A DNA stretch of 18,787 nucleotides. Source: a virus. Below are positions 1 through 8,806 of the stretch, piece after piece. The stretch lies in the UHGV virus genome UHGV-0373676. One strand, 5' to 3'. A program made the translations under genes and the position numbers. Under the pieces are notes generated by a model that did no database searches, was not told where the DNA came from, and worked only from the letters and a program-made list of their open reading frames with translations. The stretch's first letter is position 1. Each line of letters opens with the position of its first letter.

Positions 1-246
1 ACATATTCCAATGTTGTTGGAAATGATAATACTGCGCAGTATTATTCCGGTAACGTTTCACAAACAGTAACGATAGAAAAAGCAGGTATATACGAGGCAA
101 AGGCCTTCTTTGAAGGATTGGATAAGGCTGGAAGCAATGACGGAGAAGCCATTAATTTATCTGTCACGGACGGAAATGAAACAACCAAGGTTTCGAATGC
201 AATTAAATTAGATGAAACACTCCACGTCCGTCATCCCAGCCACGAA
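1..246 (+). CDS. 3' end of a plus-strand gene running in from outside the window; hypothetical, Ser/Thr/Asn/Gly-rich C-terminus that could be a fibre-tip-like domain
   Basis: Frame 1 is open from position 1 to a TAA at 244-246 with no in-frame ATG; about 35% GC by hand count; converges on and overlaps the tail-fibre ORF by 44 nt. Confidence 0.3.
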
Positions 247-709
247 TAAATTCACCGCGTAAATCAGGCAATTTATTTGTCGGATAAACCTTTGCCAGTT
301 CCGGGTATTCTTCAGCAGAAAAAGCCGCACCGTTGCATTTCAGCCAGCCAGTAGGCGGTGTGGCTGAAGGCCACGGAACAGGCACACCAACGGGTAATGC
401 CGAACCTTCTCCCAAACCAAGGTTTTCGAGAGCCGTTTTCACCGTGCCATCCGATTTGATATCACCAAACGGATTCTTGCGGCTTAACAGCAGAGCACGA
501 AGCGCGGTAAGCAACTGGTCGTTTCGCCCCTTCTCCAGGCTGGCACCGGATGCCTCTACCACGCTGCAGAGTTCTTCCTGCAACATATCAAAGTAGTCAT
601 CATCCAGATCGGTGGCAGGTGTGCCGGTCTGGGGGTTACCACGGGTAAAACCGTTCTTACCCGCGCCGAACTTATCCTTCTGCGCGGTTTTCGTGTCTAT
701 ACGATGCAT
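203..709 (-). CDS. Short tail fibre protein (Mu S / e14 StfP-like), apparently ending within or just after a tail-collar-like motif
   Basis: 168 aa; sits immediately after the gp48-like gene; C-terminal motif [24 protein letters not shown]...[17 protein letters not shown] resembles the phage tail collar domain; ORF stops 9 codons later. Confidence 0.65.
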   Translation of the reverse strand: MHRIDTKTAQKDKFGAGKNGFTRGNPQTGTPATDLDDDYFDMLQEELCSVVEASGASLEKGRNDQLLTALRALLLSRKNPFGDIKSDGTVKTALENLGLGEGSALPVGVPVPWPSATPPTGWLKCNGAAFSAEEYPELAKVYPTNKLPDLRGEFIRGWDDGRGVFHLI

Positions 710-712
710 GGA

Positions 713-1297
713 TTACTCCGGATATTTAAAAATTACGTAGGTATGCGACGGGCAGAGTTTGTTAAGCACACATTCGACAACGGTGTCGCCCCAGATACGC
801 AGCGCGGAATCACAGGGATCGCCACATGTCATCCAGGTGGTGTTTGTGGCGGCTGGCATGTTGACCTGCCAGTAATACCGCCATTCCGGCGCATTCACCG
901 CGTCAGTACAGGCCGATGAGCAGGTGAACGTGCTTTTGTCGTATCGCGTGATGTTGGCATCTGGTCTGCCCAGGGCAGCAAGCTGTGCAAGATAAAAATT
1001 CTCGTTGATGCCGCCCGCCAGGTTAACCTTCGCATCCAGCCGTTGCTGACGCTGGCGAAGGGTCTGTGTCCCTGCGGGAATACATTCATCCGGCAGACCG
1101 CACAGACGCTCCCAGCGGTTTATCAGTTCAGTGGTGGTGCGCGGATCCAGCTCCCGCATCAGGGCATCCGCACGCTGATGAACGCGGGTTAATGACGGTG
1201 CCGCACCGGCAATCGACGGATCGCTGGCTGACCACGCCGGACCGGGGGGCAACAGTGCCGACAACAGACGGATGTAATCATCGTTTGTCACGTCCAT
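713..1297 (-). CDS. Mu gp48-like / YmfQ-family baseplate-tail protein
   Basis: 194 aa; position between the baseplate J-like gene and the tail fibre; resemblance to e14 YmfQ-type proteins recalled from memory. Confidence 0.6.
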   Translation of the reverse strand: MDVTNDDYIRLLSALLPPGPAWSASDPSIAGAAPSLTRVHQRADALMRELDPRTTTELINRWERLCGLPDECIPAGTQTLRQRQQRLDAKVNLAGGINENFYLAQLAALGRPDANITRYDKSTFTCSSACTDAVNAPEWRYYWQVNMPAATNTTWMTCGDPCDSALRIWGDTVVECVLNKLCPSHTYVIFKYPE

Positions 1298-2346
1298 GAA
1301 ATCGTCCCCAGTACCGCCAGTTCATTTTTTGCAATGGAGATATTGTCTGCCGGTGCAAGCAACTGATGGCTGTATTCCCCGTTCGCACCGGAAATCGCCT
1401 CACTGATACGCGATACCTTCAGTTCTCCCTGCGGATACCCATCACGCAGCAGGAACGAACGCAACTCCGCGGTGATGGCAGCCCGTATTTCCGGTGTGTC
1501 CGGCGTCACGCGGATATGAAAATCCACCGTATGTGCCACCGGCCTGAACACATACAAATCAGAGCCTGCCACCGGGGCCAGTGGCCCGATATGTTGTCTT
1601 GCCGCCGTTTCCGTTGATTCTTCCGGAATGGGATTAATCAGGTCACTGCTGGCAATCATCACACCGACAGTTCCCGTACCCATCCAGTGACGGTATGTCC
1701 ATGCGCGGGTAATGCCGGGCACTTCTTTAGCCCAGACGACATAGTCCCCGTCAGCCCCGCCCTGCGGCGTCCAGTAATACCGCTCAATGACGCGGGCGCG
1801 CCACGTTTCCAGCTCTTCAGTATCAAATCCGCCTGTCAGGGTGTCAGCCACACCGGAAGACGGCAGACCATTCACCGGCGTGACCAGGATTAATGCCGTA
1901 CCGTCGTCAGCGTTACCGACCGCGCCTGCATTTGAGCAGGCGATCGGCACGCGCAGGACGCCACCGGAGCTGGTTGCATCGGCAGTTGCAGTATACTGAA
2001 CCAGGTCATCGCGCTGAATAACACTCCCGGCGGTCACCTTCAGGCCATCGCTGACACCTTCCCAGCGCATATACCCGCTGGCAGCCGTGGCCCCCTTGCG
2101 CGGACACCGTTTCATCGCAGCATGTCGCGCCAGCCAGGACTCATCGCACAGGTCAGGCAGCATGTTCATTGCCAGATAATCGATGTACCCGTAAACCGTA
2201 TGCAGCGCCGCCGCATACACCTTTGCCCGCACGTCTTCATCCATGCGCCGGAGCGTGTCGCTGACGTCCAGCCTGGCGAATAAATCGTTACGGAGCATAC
2301 TGATATTTTCTGCCAGCGTCGGGCGCTGAAATTCACTGTCCGCCAT
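1288..2346 (-). CDS. Baseplate J-like protein (Mu gp47 type)
   Basis: 352 aa; conserved position; overlapping stop/start with both neighbours. Confidence 0.75.
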   Translation of the reverse strand: MADSEFQRPTLAENISMLRNDLFARLDVSDTLRRMDEDVRAKVYAAALHTVYGYIDYLAMNMLPDLCDESWLARHAAMKRCPRKGATAASGYMRWEGVSDGLKVTAGSVIQRDDLVQYTATADATSSGGVLRVPIACSNAGAVGNADDGTALILVTPVNGLPSSGVADTLTGGFDTEELETWRARVIERYYWTPQGGADGDYVVWAKEVPGITRAWTYRHWMGTGTVGVMIASSDLINPIPEESTETAARQHIGPLAPVAGSDLYVFRPVAHTVDFHIRVTPDTPEIRAAITAELRSFLLRDGYPQGELKVSRISEAISGANGEYSHQLLAPADNISIAKNELAVLGTISWT

Positions 2347-2761
2347 GCGTTATCGCACTCCACAGATCATCAAAAGAAATCATTACCGGTCCGTCACGAC
2401 GCCAGAGAGTGATACTGTTACCCAGTTCATTAATCCCGGTGCGGCGGATATCCAGATCAATACGGGACACCACGCCGTCATCAATCATCCATTGCAGGCA
2501 TTCGCGGATATACCCCCTTACCGTCTGCACCAGCTGATTGGTCAGTTTGCTGCGCTGAAGCAGCCACAGTCGGGAGCCGTAACGGTCATTCTGTACCGCA
2601 GGCCAGGTATCCCCCCACCATCCCATCGGGACGTCGGCGTTGTCATCAGGCTCCGCCCGCCGCCAGGTAAACAGGGAAATCACCACGGCGCGGGTCAGCG
2701 GATCCAGCGGTGCGCTGGCGCAGGTGCGTTTACCGTTCACCGTCAGCCACAGTTCCATCAT
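2333..2761 (-). CDS. Mu gp46-like baseplate protein
   Basis: 142 aa; conserved order between the spike gene and baseplate J. Confidence 0.6.
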   Translation of the reverse strand: MMELWLTVNGKRTCASAPLDPLTRAVVISLFTWRRAEPDDNADVPMGWWGDTWPAVQNDRYGSRLWLLQRSKLTNQLVQTVRGYIRECLQWMIDDGVVSRIDLDIRRTGINELGNSITLWRRDGPVMISFDDLWSAITHGGQ

Positions 2762-3306
2762 GCCTCCATCGCTTTATCAGGTTTGTCGGTGTTACTGCCC
2801 TGACCGTTCTCTCTGTGACGATGCCCGTTATAGGCAAGCCGCATCGCTGACATGGTGGTGCCGCCGGAGTCGCACAGGTCTTTCACCTGTCCTGTCACTT
2901 CCAGGTCCATTTCAAAACGTGCCTTAGGCGCATTGCGAAACGTGATCATTTTACCTGCACCGTCCACCACGATCCCCTCCCGGGTCAGCGTCACGGACTG
3001 CCCCTGATCGTCATAAACAGCCACCTCCCCAGTCTGCAGCCCTTTCAGGCGGTAGCGACGGTCCGACACCGTAACAACCACCGCATGAGAACGGTCGCCA
3101 TCCGGAAACAACACCACCGCTTCCGCACCGCTGTTTGCCCTTGCGGTAAAACCGTAGGGTTCAAGATGTTCAACCCCGGCTTTGGGTTCACCGGCAATCA
3201 GGGACACATCCACGGTCTGACATTTCGTGGCGGCACTGATGCTTTTCACCACGGCCCGCCCAATCAGGCCGAGGAGTTGTCGCTGCATAGCTTCAATCGT
3301 CCTCAT
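2758..3306 (-). CDS. Baseplate assembly / spike protein (Mu gp45, P2 gpV-like)
   Basis: 182 aa; follows the hub gene with overlapping stop/start. Confidence 0.65.
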   Translation of the reverse strand: MRTIEAMQRQLLGLIGRAVVKSISAATKCQTVDVSLIAGEPKAGVEHLEPYGFTARANSGAEAVVLFPDGDRSHAVVVTVSDRRYRLKGLQTGEVAVYDDQGQSVTLTREGIVVDGAGKMITFRNAPKARFEMDLEVTGQVKDLCDSGGTTMSAMRLAYNGHRHRENGQGSNTDKPDKAMEA

Positions 3307-4385
3307 CAGAACGGGTCCTCCTGTACTCTGGCTTTTTTCTTTTTCCGCGCGCCGGGGGCTTCGGGTTCAGGCAGATAAGCATCAGGCGGGCCGACACGGA
3401 TTTCCGTCAGGGTGCCGTTCTGGTCCTGAGTAAACGTGACTTCCGAAACAAGCAGTTCGGTATTGTCGAAACCACAGACCGGATCAAAGACAATCACCCG
3501 CTGGTTGGGCTGCCACAGCGTACCGTTACCCTGTCGCCAGCCCTGCACCACATAGGTGGTTTCATCCGTCCGCGCCGCCCGTTGTCGGGCTTCAAAGTCC
3601 GCACGGGCAATACAGCCTGCCCCCGTAGCCTGCCCTGTCTGCCTGATATACATCGGACGGTAACGGGCAATAAATGCGTCCTCTGTGCGGGCCCGCAGCG
3701 CGGTGGTGGTGGCCTCACCGAAATCATCGTCGTTTCCGGCACGCTGCCCCGCCACCTGGTAAACTGAAAACCGCTCCCGGATACTCTTCTCCGTATCACA
3801 GGAAAGGATGTTTTCCCCAAGTACCAGCGCGGTATGTGCCCGCGTTGAGCCAATACCACCAATCACCAGCCTGCCGTGCGGGTCGTCATAAGCCAGCGCC
3901 TGCTGCTGACCGAGTATTTTGTTGATCACCTCGATCACCGTTTCACCGTGATCAGGCTGGACATCCGGAATAACACCCGACGGCGCATCGCTGTTCACCA
4001 CCTCAATGCCGAAAGGCGCAGCAAGCGCCTGCGCAATCTGTACCAGCGATCGTCCGTTAAACTGTGTCGGTTCGGCTGCACAGTCAATCAGGTCAGCAGT
4101 CAGACTACGTCCGGCAATACCGGTGCTGACCGAACGGGCATCGTAACGAACGGGGGTCGCCTCCACCCAGCCGGTGATCACCAGCTCATCACCAATCAGC
4201 ACTTCCACTTTTGAACCATTTTTAATGCGCGGCTGAAGCGTGGTGATACCCTCATCTCCCGGCCACTGGCGGGTGATCTCCACGCTGAAATCCCGCGCCA
4301 GCCGTTCAATACCGGCACCGATGCGCACCGATGTCCAGCCATTCCACTCCCGGCCATTTACCCGTAGCGTGACGTTATCGTTCAT
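3306..4385 (-). CDS. Tail/baseplate hub protein (Mu P, P2 gpD-like)
   Basis: 359 aa; N-terminus MNDNVTLRVNGREWNGW typical of the gpD/Mu P family; lysine-rich C-terminus. Confidence 0.8.
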   Translation of the reverse strand: MNDNVTLRVNGREWNGWTSVRIGAGIERLARDFSVEITRQWPGDEGITTLQPRIKNGSKVEVLIGDELVITGWVEATPVRYDARSVSTGIAGRSLTADLIDCAAEPTQFNGRSLVQIAQALAAPFGIEVVNSDAPSGVIPDVQPDHGETVIEVINKILGQQQALAYDDPHGRLVIGGIGSTRAHTALVLGENILSCDTEKSIRERFSVYQVAGQRAGNDDDFGEATTTALRARTEDAFIARYRPMYIRQTGQATGAGCIARADFEARQRAARTDETTYVVQGWRQGNGTLWQPNQRVIVFDPVCGFDNTELLVSEVTFTQDQNGTLTEIRVGPPDAYLPEPEAPGARKKKKARVQEDPF

Positions 4386-5710
4386 TGCACTGGCACCTTC
4401 AGAGGGATCACCGGCACAAAGCCGGGATGCGTAATGGCATTACGCCGGATAATGTCCGCGTCACGCGCCGCGTTATCAAACCAGGTCGCCGCCAGCACCA
4501 GCGCGGGTAAGACCTCATCCGGCGTGCGCTGAATGATCCGTGCAGACTGTTCAAGGCGCGTGTTGATATCCGCATTCAGATCTGCTTTCACCCGGCGCAG
4601 TGCCAGAAACAGCGCATCACTGGTTGTACGGGACAACTCCTTATCAATTGCCGTATTCAGTGTGTCGCGAATGTCAGTCAGTTCTTCCCACGTTGGCAGG
4701 TCAACCGTGTTTTTCACCGCCGGTGCATTGTTCAGTGCCGGATGCATGACGGAAGGCCAGCCGGTGCTCTGCGCGGGTGTTGTTGACTGCCCCACTGCGG
4801 CATTCTGCATCACCGCGGAAGTTGTTGGCGCAGGCAATCGGGTGATGGCATACGCCGCTTCGCTGATTGCGGTCGTACGAAGGGTGCTGGCAACCACGTT
4901 ACGCTGCTGCGTAGCCTTGGCGGTGGTTTTACTGACTGTTTTCCAGACGCCGCGCGGTTGCAGATCGCTGCCAAGGCTGACACCGGAAAGCGTCTTGATC
5001 ATGGTGACCAGGTCGCTGGCGTTACCATAAAGGCGTTTCCCGGTACGCCACATTTTCTGCACCTGCTCAACGAAGTTTTTGCCTGACGATGGCGGAGGCA
5101 GAAGTACCGAGATATCCCCCTGCAACAGTCTGGCGGCATCCGATACGGCAGAATCCACCACTTTCATCGCATCAGAAACATACCCAAGCATTGTGCTGGC
5201 ATTACCGACGACGTCGTTCTGCACAAAATCCGCCACGCCATCGATACTGAAACCACTGAAACTGTCACTGATGCAGTCATCCAGTGCAGAACAGGATGAC
5301 ATCAGCGTCTGCGCCGTCGCCGCACTTGAAGTGGGGTAAGAGAGTTCTCCCGCTTCGACAAACTTCAGGTCAAAGCGGACAATACGCCCTTCACTCTTCG
5401 ATGTGCTGACCCGAACTTCTCCGTCAACACAGACTTTCAGCTCACCGTAAGTCGGATGGACAAGCGTGCCGGGACCGGGTTTATTCAGCGCGTCAATCAG
5501 GCGATCGCGCTGGTCAAAGCAGTCATCGCCCACCACATAAGCCGTGATGGACGGGCGGAAAGTGACTTTTCCCAGATCTTCGGTATAGGGTTTGTCGCGG
5601 TTCGGATATTCGTGTGTTTCCACACGGCGACCTGTTCCCGCACTTTCTTCTTCAACCTTAAACGGCACACCGCGAAATGACGCGTCCTGAAGCCTGTCTT
5701 TCCACGTCAT
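4382..5710 (-). CDS. DNA circulation protein (Mu N-like); start moved to the internal ATG at 5710
   Basis: ORF track starts at 5758, but that extension overlaps the hairpin-U6 terminator at 5726-5747. The ATG at 5710 has a GGAG 7 nt upstream and gives MTWKDRLQDASFRGVPF, which matches how I recall Mu N-type proteins beginning. Confidence 0.75.
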   Translation of the reverse strand: MTWKDRLQDASFRGVPFKVEEESAGTGRRVETHEYPNRDKPYTEDLGKVTFRPSITAYVVGDDCFDQRDRLIDALNKPGPGTLVHPTYGELKVCVDGEVRVSTSKSEGRIVRFDLKFVEAGELSYPTSSAATAQTLMSSCSALDDCISDSFSGFSIDGVADFVQNDVVGNASTMLGYVSDAMKVVDSAVSDAARLLQGDISVLLPPPSSGKNFVEQVQKMWRTGKRLYGNASDLVTMIKTLSGVSLGSDLQPRGVWKTVSKTTAKATQQRNVVASTLRTTAISEAAYAITRLPAPTTSAVMQNAAVGQSTTPAQSTGWPSVMHPALNNAPAVKNTVDLPTWEELTDIRDTLNTAIDKELSRTTSDALFLALRRVKADLNADINTRLEQSARIIQRTPDEVLPALVLAATWFDNAARDADIIRRNAITHPGFVPVIPLKVPVQ

Positions 5711-5725
5711 ATAAACTCCGGATAT

Positions 5726-5747
5726 AAAAAAGCCCACCGAAGTGGGC
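5726..5747 (-). terminator. Intrinsic terminator downstream of the PH-domain moron
   Basis: Minus-strand RNA GCCCAC-UUCG-GUGGGC (6-bp GC stem, UUCG tetraloop) followed by UUUUUU; lies between the moron stop (5774) and the DNA-circulation start (5710). Confidence 0.55.
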
Positions 5748-5773
5748 ATGAAAGACATAAATTAATGTAAGGT

Positions 5774-6151
5774 TTACCCTGCTATTTTTTGAGCCAGATG
5801 AGCCTGCAATTTATAAATGTTTGCTCCTTTACTGAACTGTTTTTTTATCGGTTCTGCAATACCAGAAATCCATATCTTCATTTCAGCATCAAGATCAAGA
5901 TGCCCGGCGGTTTCAATAGAAAAGTTTGTCACAGATTTATAAGGAATCGAACGATACTCTACTTTTTTCCCTGTGACACCCTGCTTATCAATAAAAATTA
6001 ACCTTCTGTTAGTCAGAATAATTTGGTCACGAATGAGTTTATAGGCAAGTTCGACATTTTCTCCCTCACCTAAAACAGCCCCTAATTCCTGTTGTGCATC
6101 TGATGCATTAATTTCACCGGCATTACCTATAATGGCATGTAACAGCCCCAT
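5774..6151 (-). CDS. Bacterial PH-domain (bPH/YokE-like) protein; AT-rich moron
   Basis: 125 aa from the ATG at 6151 (ORF track begins 27 codons earlier at 6232, inside the tape-measure gene); AAGGGA Shine-Dalgarno 5 nt upstream; N-terminus MGLLHAIIGNAGE and motifs GKKVEYRSIPY and KIWISG resemble bPH proteins as I recall them; about 36% GC versus about 47-67% in flanking lines. Confidence 0.65.
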   Translation of the reverse strand: MGLLHAIIGNAGEINASDAQQELGAVLGEGENVELAYKLIRDQIILTNRRLIFIDKQGVTGKKVEYRSIPYKSVTNFSIETAGHLDLDAEMKIWISGIAEPIKKQFSKGANIYKLQAHLAQKIAG

Positions 6152-6187
6152 AGATTTCCCTTCAGTTGATAACAAACTTAAAGACAA

Positions 6188-6214
6188 ATTATATCTGGTT
6201 CCGTCATCTGCCAA
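6188..6214 (-). promoter_or_regulatory. Putative sigma70-type promoter for the moron (TTGGCA, 15-nt spacer, TATAAT)
   Basis: Minus-strand TTGGCA at 6214-6209 and TATAAT at 6193-6188, about 35 nt upstream of the moron ATG and overlapping the tape-measure stop codon; the spacer is shorter than the 17-nt optimum. Confidence 0.3.
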
Positions 6215-8039
6215 TATGCGTATAGCCAACATCGTGATTCATATCAAAACCGCTGGATCGCGTTTCCATAACCCGCATACCCGGAGGCGAATTCACAAAA
6301 GAGACCTTGATCTCACCGTCAACTTTTGGCGCAGAAGCTTTGTTAATCATGAAGGGATTCGAGCCTGTGGCACCGGAGGCGTTGTTTGCCTGAGCCGGAT
6401 CCACCGCCGGATAAGGTGTGTATCCCCGCGCCGGTATTCCCGTCCCATAAGCATCATAAGCACCCGCGCCCCACTGCGCCGAGTTAATGGCATCGACCGT
6501 GTCACCGGAACTGTCGGTAAACCACTCAATAATTGGCTTCAGCTTATCCCACATATCCTGAAACCACTTAACAACCGGTCCCCAGTTATTGATCACCATC
6601 CCCAGCGGCGACCAGGCAAAAACCTTCTTCAGAAGTTCCCAGCCAGCCTCAAAATAAGGACCAATGGTTTCCCAGAGCTTCTTGAAATAAGGTCCGACAA
6701 CATCCCAGTTAGTGATAATTAATCCCGCAGCCAGGGCTATCGCCGTCGCAATCATGCCAATCGGCGTCATCGACATGATCCTGCTGACAATGCTGATGGC
6801 ACTGCCCACGCCCATCAATCCCAGTTTCAGAATCGCAAGACCGGCAGCAAGCCCGACGACGCCGCGAATAACCCGGGGATTTTCATCCGCAAACTTCGTG
6901 AATTTCTCCCCCAACTCCCCCAGCCACTGCGTGATGTTCTTAGCGTCACCAGAAAATGCGCCGCCAATAGCCGCAAGGCCGTTGGTTGCGGTCCCCGTCA
7001 TTGCCTCCCACAGGTTGGACAGCGTACCAAGCTGAGCCTGAACACGTTTATTCAGGCTGGCCTGTTTATTCATCTTCTGCTGGATCTGATCGTAGCCATC
7101 CTTTCCTTTATCGATCAGGGCATTGACCACCTGAAGGGTTTCGGCATCATCACCAAATATTGCCTTAAGTACGCCTGTTCGCTTAACGTCGGTCAGTTTT
7201 CGCAACTTTGCCAGTTGCCTGAACATGTTATCAAGACCGCCAAAACTTCCTTTGCCGTCAGTAAAATCGAGCTGTACCCCGAGTTTCTGGCGGGCCATGA
7301 CTTTATTGACGTCCCTAATTTTCTTAACACTTAATCCGGACTGGATAACTTTTCGCAGGGCATTACCTGCCGACTCCCCGTTCATCCCCATCTGATCCAT
7401 CATGACGCTGATGGGGGCAAGACTCTGTGCAGCCTGAAGACCGTCCTTATTCACCATCTTCAGAACAGAGCTGGTTTTAGTGAAGAATGACAGCATGTTG
7501 GTGTCGTCAACGCCCAGATAAAACGCCTTCTGAATTGTGTCGAACAGCCCCATCATGTCTTCTGAGGCCGTTCCGGTAGCATCCTGCATCTTTGCGGCAA
7601 ACTCGGCAGCCGCTTCCGGTGTTTTTTTCAGTTGTACCGCAAGATAAGCTGTCGCTTTACCCACACCACCCAGAATGTTTTCTGCCGGGATCCCCTGACG
7701 CACCAGCATCTGCATCATGTTCTGGAAATCAGCCGTTGTACCGGGTAGCTGGTTACCCAGGCCAATAGCCAGTTTATTGATGTCCTGAAAGCTCTTTCCG
7801 ACCTCACCGTTCGCATCCATCATGGCAACTTTCAGCCCGGTGGCGGCGTTTTCCTGATCGGCATAAGATTTCAGGGAAAGCGTCAGACCCGCAGCCAGTC
7901 CGCCACCAAGCGCCAGCCCACCCTGTGACGCTTCTTCCGCCTGGCGTTTAAATCCCCGGATTTTCTTTTGCATTTTCGACAGCGCGGGAGAAAGCCTGTC
8001 GACACCGGTGATCAACGCCTTAAGCTCAAATTCAGCCAT
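6204..8039 (-). CDS. Tail tape measure protein
   Basis: 611 aa; Gly/Ala-rich N-terminal region, long helical middle and hydrophobic C-terminal segments; sits directly downstream of the chaperone frameshift region. Confidence 0.85.
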   Translation of the reverse strand: MAEFELKALITGVDRLSPALSKMQKKIRGFKRQAEEASQGGLALGGGLAAGLTLSLKSYADQENAATGLKVAMMDANGEVGKSFQDINKLAIGLGNQLPGTTADFQNMMQMLVRQGIPAENILGGVGKATAYLAVQLKKTPEAAAEFAAKMQDATGTASEDMMGLFDTIQKAFYLGVDDTNMLSFFTKTSSVLKMVNKDGLQAAQSLAPISVMMDQMGMNGESAGNALRKVIQSGLSVKKIRDVNKVMARQKLGVQLDFTDGKGSFGGLDNMFRQLAKLRKLTDVKRTGVLKAIFGDDAETLQVVNALIDKGKDGYDQIQQKMNKQASLNKRVQAQLGTLSNLWEAMTGTATNGLAAIGGAFSGDAKNITQWLGELGEKFTKFADENPRVIRGVVGLAAGLAILKLGLMGVGSAISIVSRIMSMTPIGMIATAIALAAGLIITNWDVVGPYFKKLWETIGPYFEAGWELLKKVFAWSPLGMVINNWGPVVKWFQDMWDKLKPIIEWFTDSSGDTVDAINSAQWGAGAYDAYGTGIPARGYTPYPAVDPAQANNASGATGSNPFMINKASAPKVDGEIKVSFVNSPPGMRVMETRSSGFDMNHDVGYTHIGR

Positions 8040-8199
8040 GTGTGCGTTTCTCCTGCTCTATCCTGTTTGCCTGACTGACCAGCAAGGGAATTTCACTGAT
8101 CGGCATATTCAGCAATTCGAAGGGATTAATGCGCCAGTAACTGGCGCAGTCAAAGAAGCGATCAGTGAGGTATTCAGCCGTCAGGCCTGGAGGAAAAAA
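8032..8199 (-). CDS. -1 frame extension of the tail assembly chaperone (GT-like frameshift product)
   Basis: The -1 frame is open from the slippery site to a stop at 8032-8034 and would append about 53 residues (PPGLTAEYLTD...RTHG) to the chaperone. Confidence 0.5.
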   Translation of the reverse strand, partial: FFPPGLTAEYLTDRFFDCASYWRINPFELLNMPISEIPLLVSQANRIEQEKRTHG

Positions 8200-8450
8200 C
8201 CAGCCACAAGCCACGCCGCTGCATTCAGGTCTGCCGGAGACATCTGGTCGACAGAGCTTTGCGGCACTTTCGCCAGCCGCACAATGTATTTCGACACCAC
8301 ATGCGCCAGAAGTTTGACTGACTCATCCTGATTCATCTGGTAGGGATACCCCAGCTCGCGGACATCCTTCCCGGTAGGCTCATCAAACTCCAGTACGGAG
8401 AGTGTCTCGCCATGAGCAGTAATCGGTTTCTTTAACTCAAGCTCTTTCAT
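8181..8450 (-). CDS. Tail assembly chaperone (lambda G / Mu gp41-like)
   Basis: 89 aa; between tube and tape measure; start ATG overlaps the tube stop (TAATG); carries the slippery site near its 3' end. Confidence 0.65.
   Translation of the reverse strand: MKELELKKPITAHGETLSVLEFDEPTGKDVRELGYPYQMNQDESVKLLAHVVSKYIVRLAKVPQSSVDQMSPADLNAAAWLVAGFFLQA
8193..8199 (-). promoter_or_regulatory. Slippery heptamer T-TTT-TTC for programmed -1 ribosomal frameshifting
   Basis: Zero-frame codons GGT-TTT-TTC (G-F-F) lie 5 codons before the chaperone stop; X-XXY-YYZ pattern with the -1 frame open downstream. Confidence 0.55.
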
Positions 8451-8806
8451 TACTGGTAATCCCCTTCTTCACCGTGGAACTCAAGATCAACCGTACCTTC
8501 TTCGGCATTATGGTTCGCTTCGCCGTGCAGCCAGGCAGACGACAGTACATAGACCTGACCGTTCGCCAGCTCGGCAGTGATAGTCATCTCATCAGACGAG
8601 GTGATTTTGTTCACCGGAAAATTCTTCGGCACCTTGAAAGTCCCTTTGACATAAGGCGCACGGTGAGTTTCCTTGCGGTCCACTGAACCGTCCAGGCCGA
8701 TGATGTCATCATTGACCGTCCTGTTCATGGGCACCTCAATGCCGCCGGTCAGCGATAGCTGTTGACCGTCAATTTTGAAATAACAGGTTCCCCCGATACG
8801 GGCCAT
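8450..8806 (-). CDS. Tail tube protein (Mu M-like)
   Basis: 118 aa; immediately downstream of the sheath with overlapping stop/start (TAATG). Confidence 0.8.
   Translation of the reverse strand: MARIGGTCYFKIDGQQLSLTGGIEVPMNRTVNDDIIGLDGSVDRKETHRAPYVKGTFKVPKNFPVNKITSSDEMTITAELANGQVYVLSSAWLHGEANHNAEEGTVDLEFHGEEGDYQ

Noticed and set aside
3331-3346. T-rich homopolymeric stretch (GCTTTTTTCTTTTTCC)
   Set aside because: It simply encodes the lysine-rich C-terminus (ARKKKKAR) of the hub protein on the minus strand; not a slippery site or phase-variable tract by position.
4533-5030. Plus-strand ORF of 165 aa
   Set aside because: Antisense to the DNA-circulation gene; Ala/Val/Arg-rich composition is typical of a GC-rich antisense frame.
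5711-5758. N-terminal extension of the DNA-circulation ORF in the ORF track (MSFMPTSVGFFISGVY)
   Set aside because: It would be translated across the hairpin-U6 terminator; the internal ATG at 5710 has a proper GGAG and a family-typical N-terminus.
6152-6232. N-terminal extension of the PH-domain ORF overlapping the tape-measure 3' end
   Set aside because: The internal ATG at 6151 has a Shine-Dalgarno and gives the MGLL... N-terminus I associate with this domain family; the extension would start inside the tape-measure gene, upstream of the putative promoter.
6132-6722. Plus-strand ORF of 196 aa
   Set aside because: Lies entirely antisense to the tape-measure and PH-domain genes, has no ribosome-binding site and no recognisable motifs; the open antisense frame is better explained by chance.
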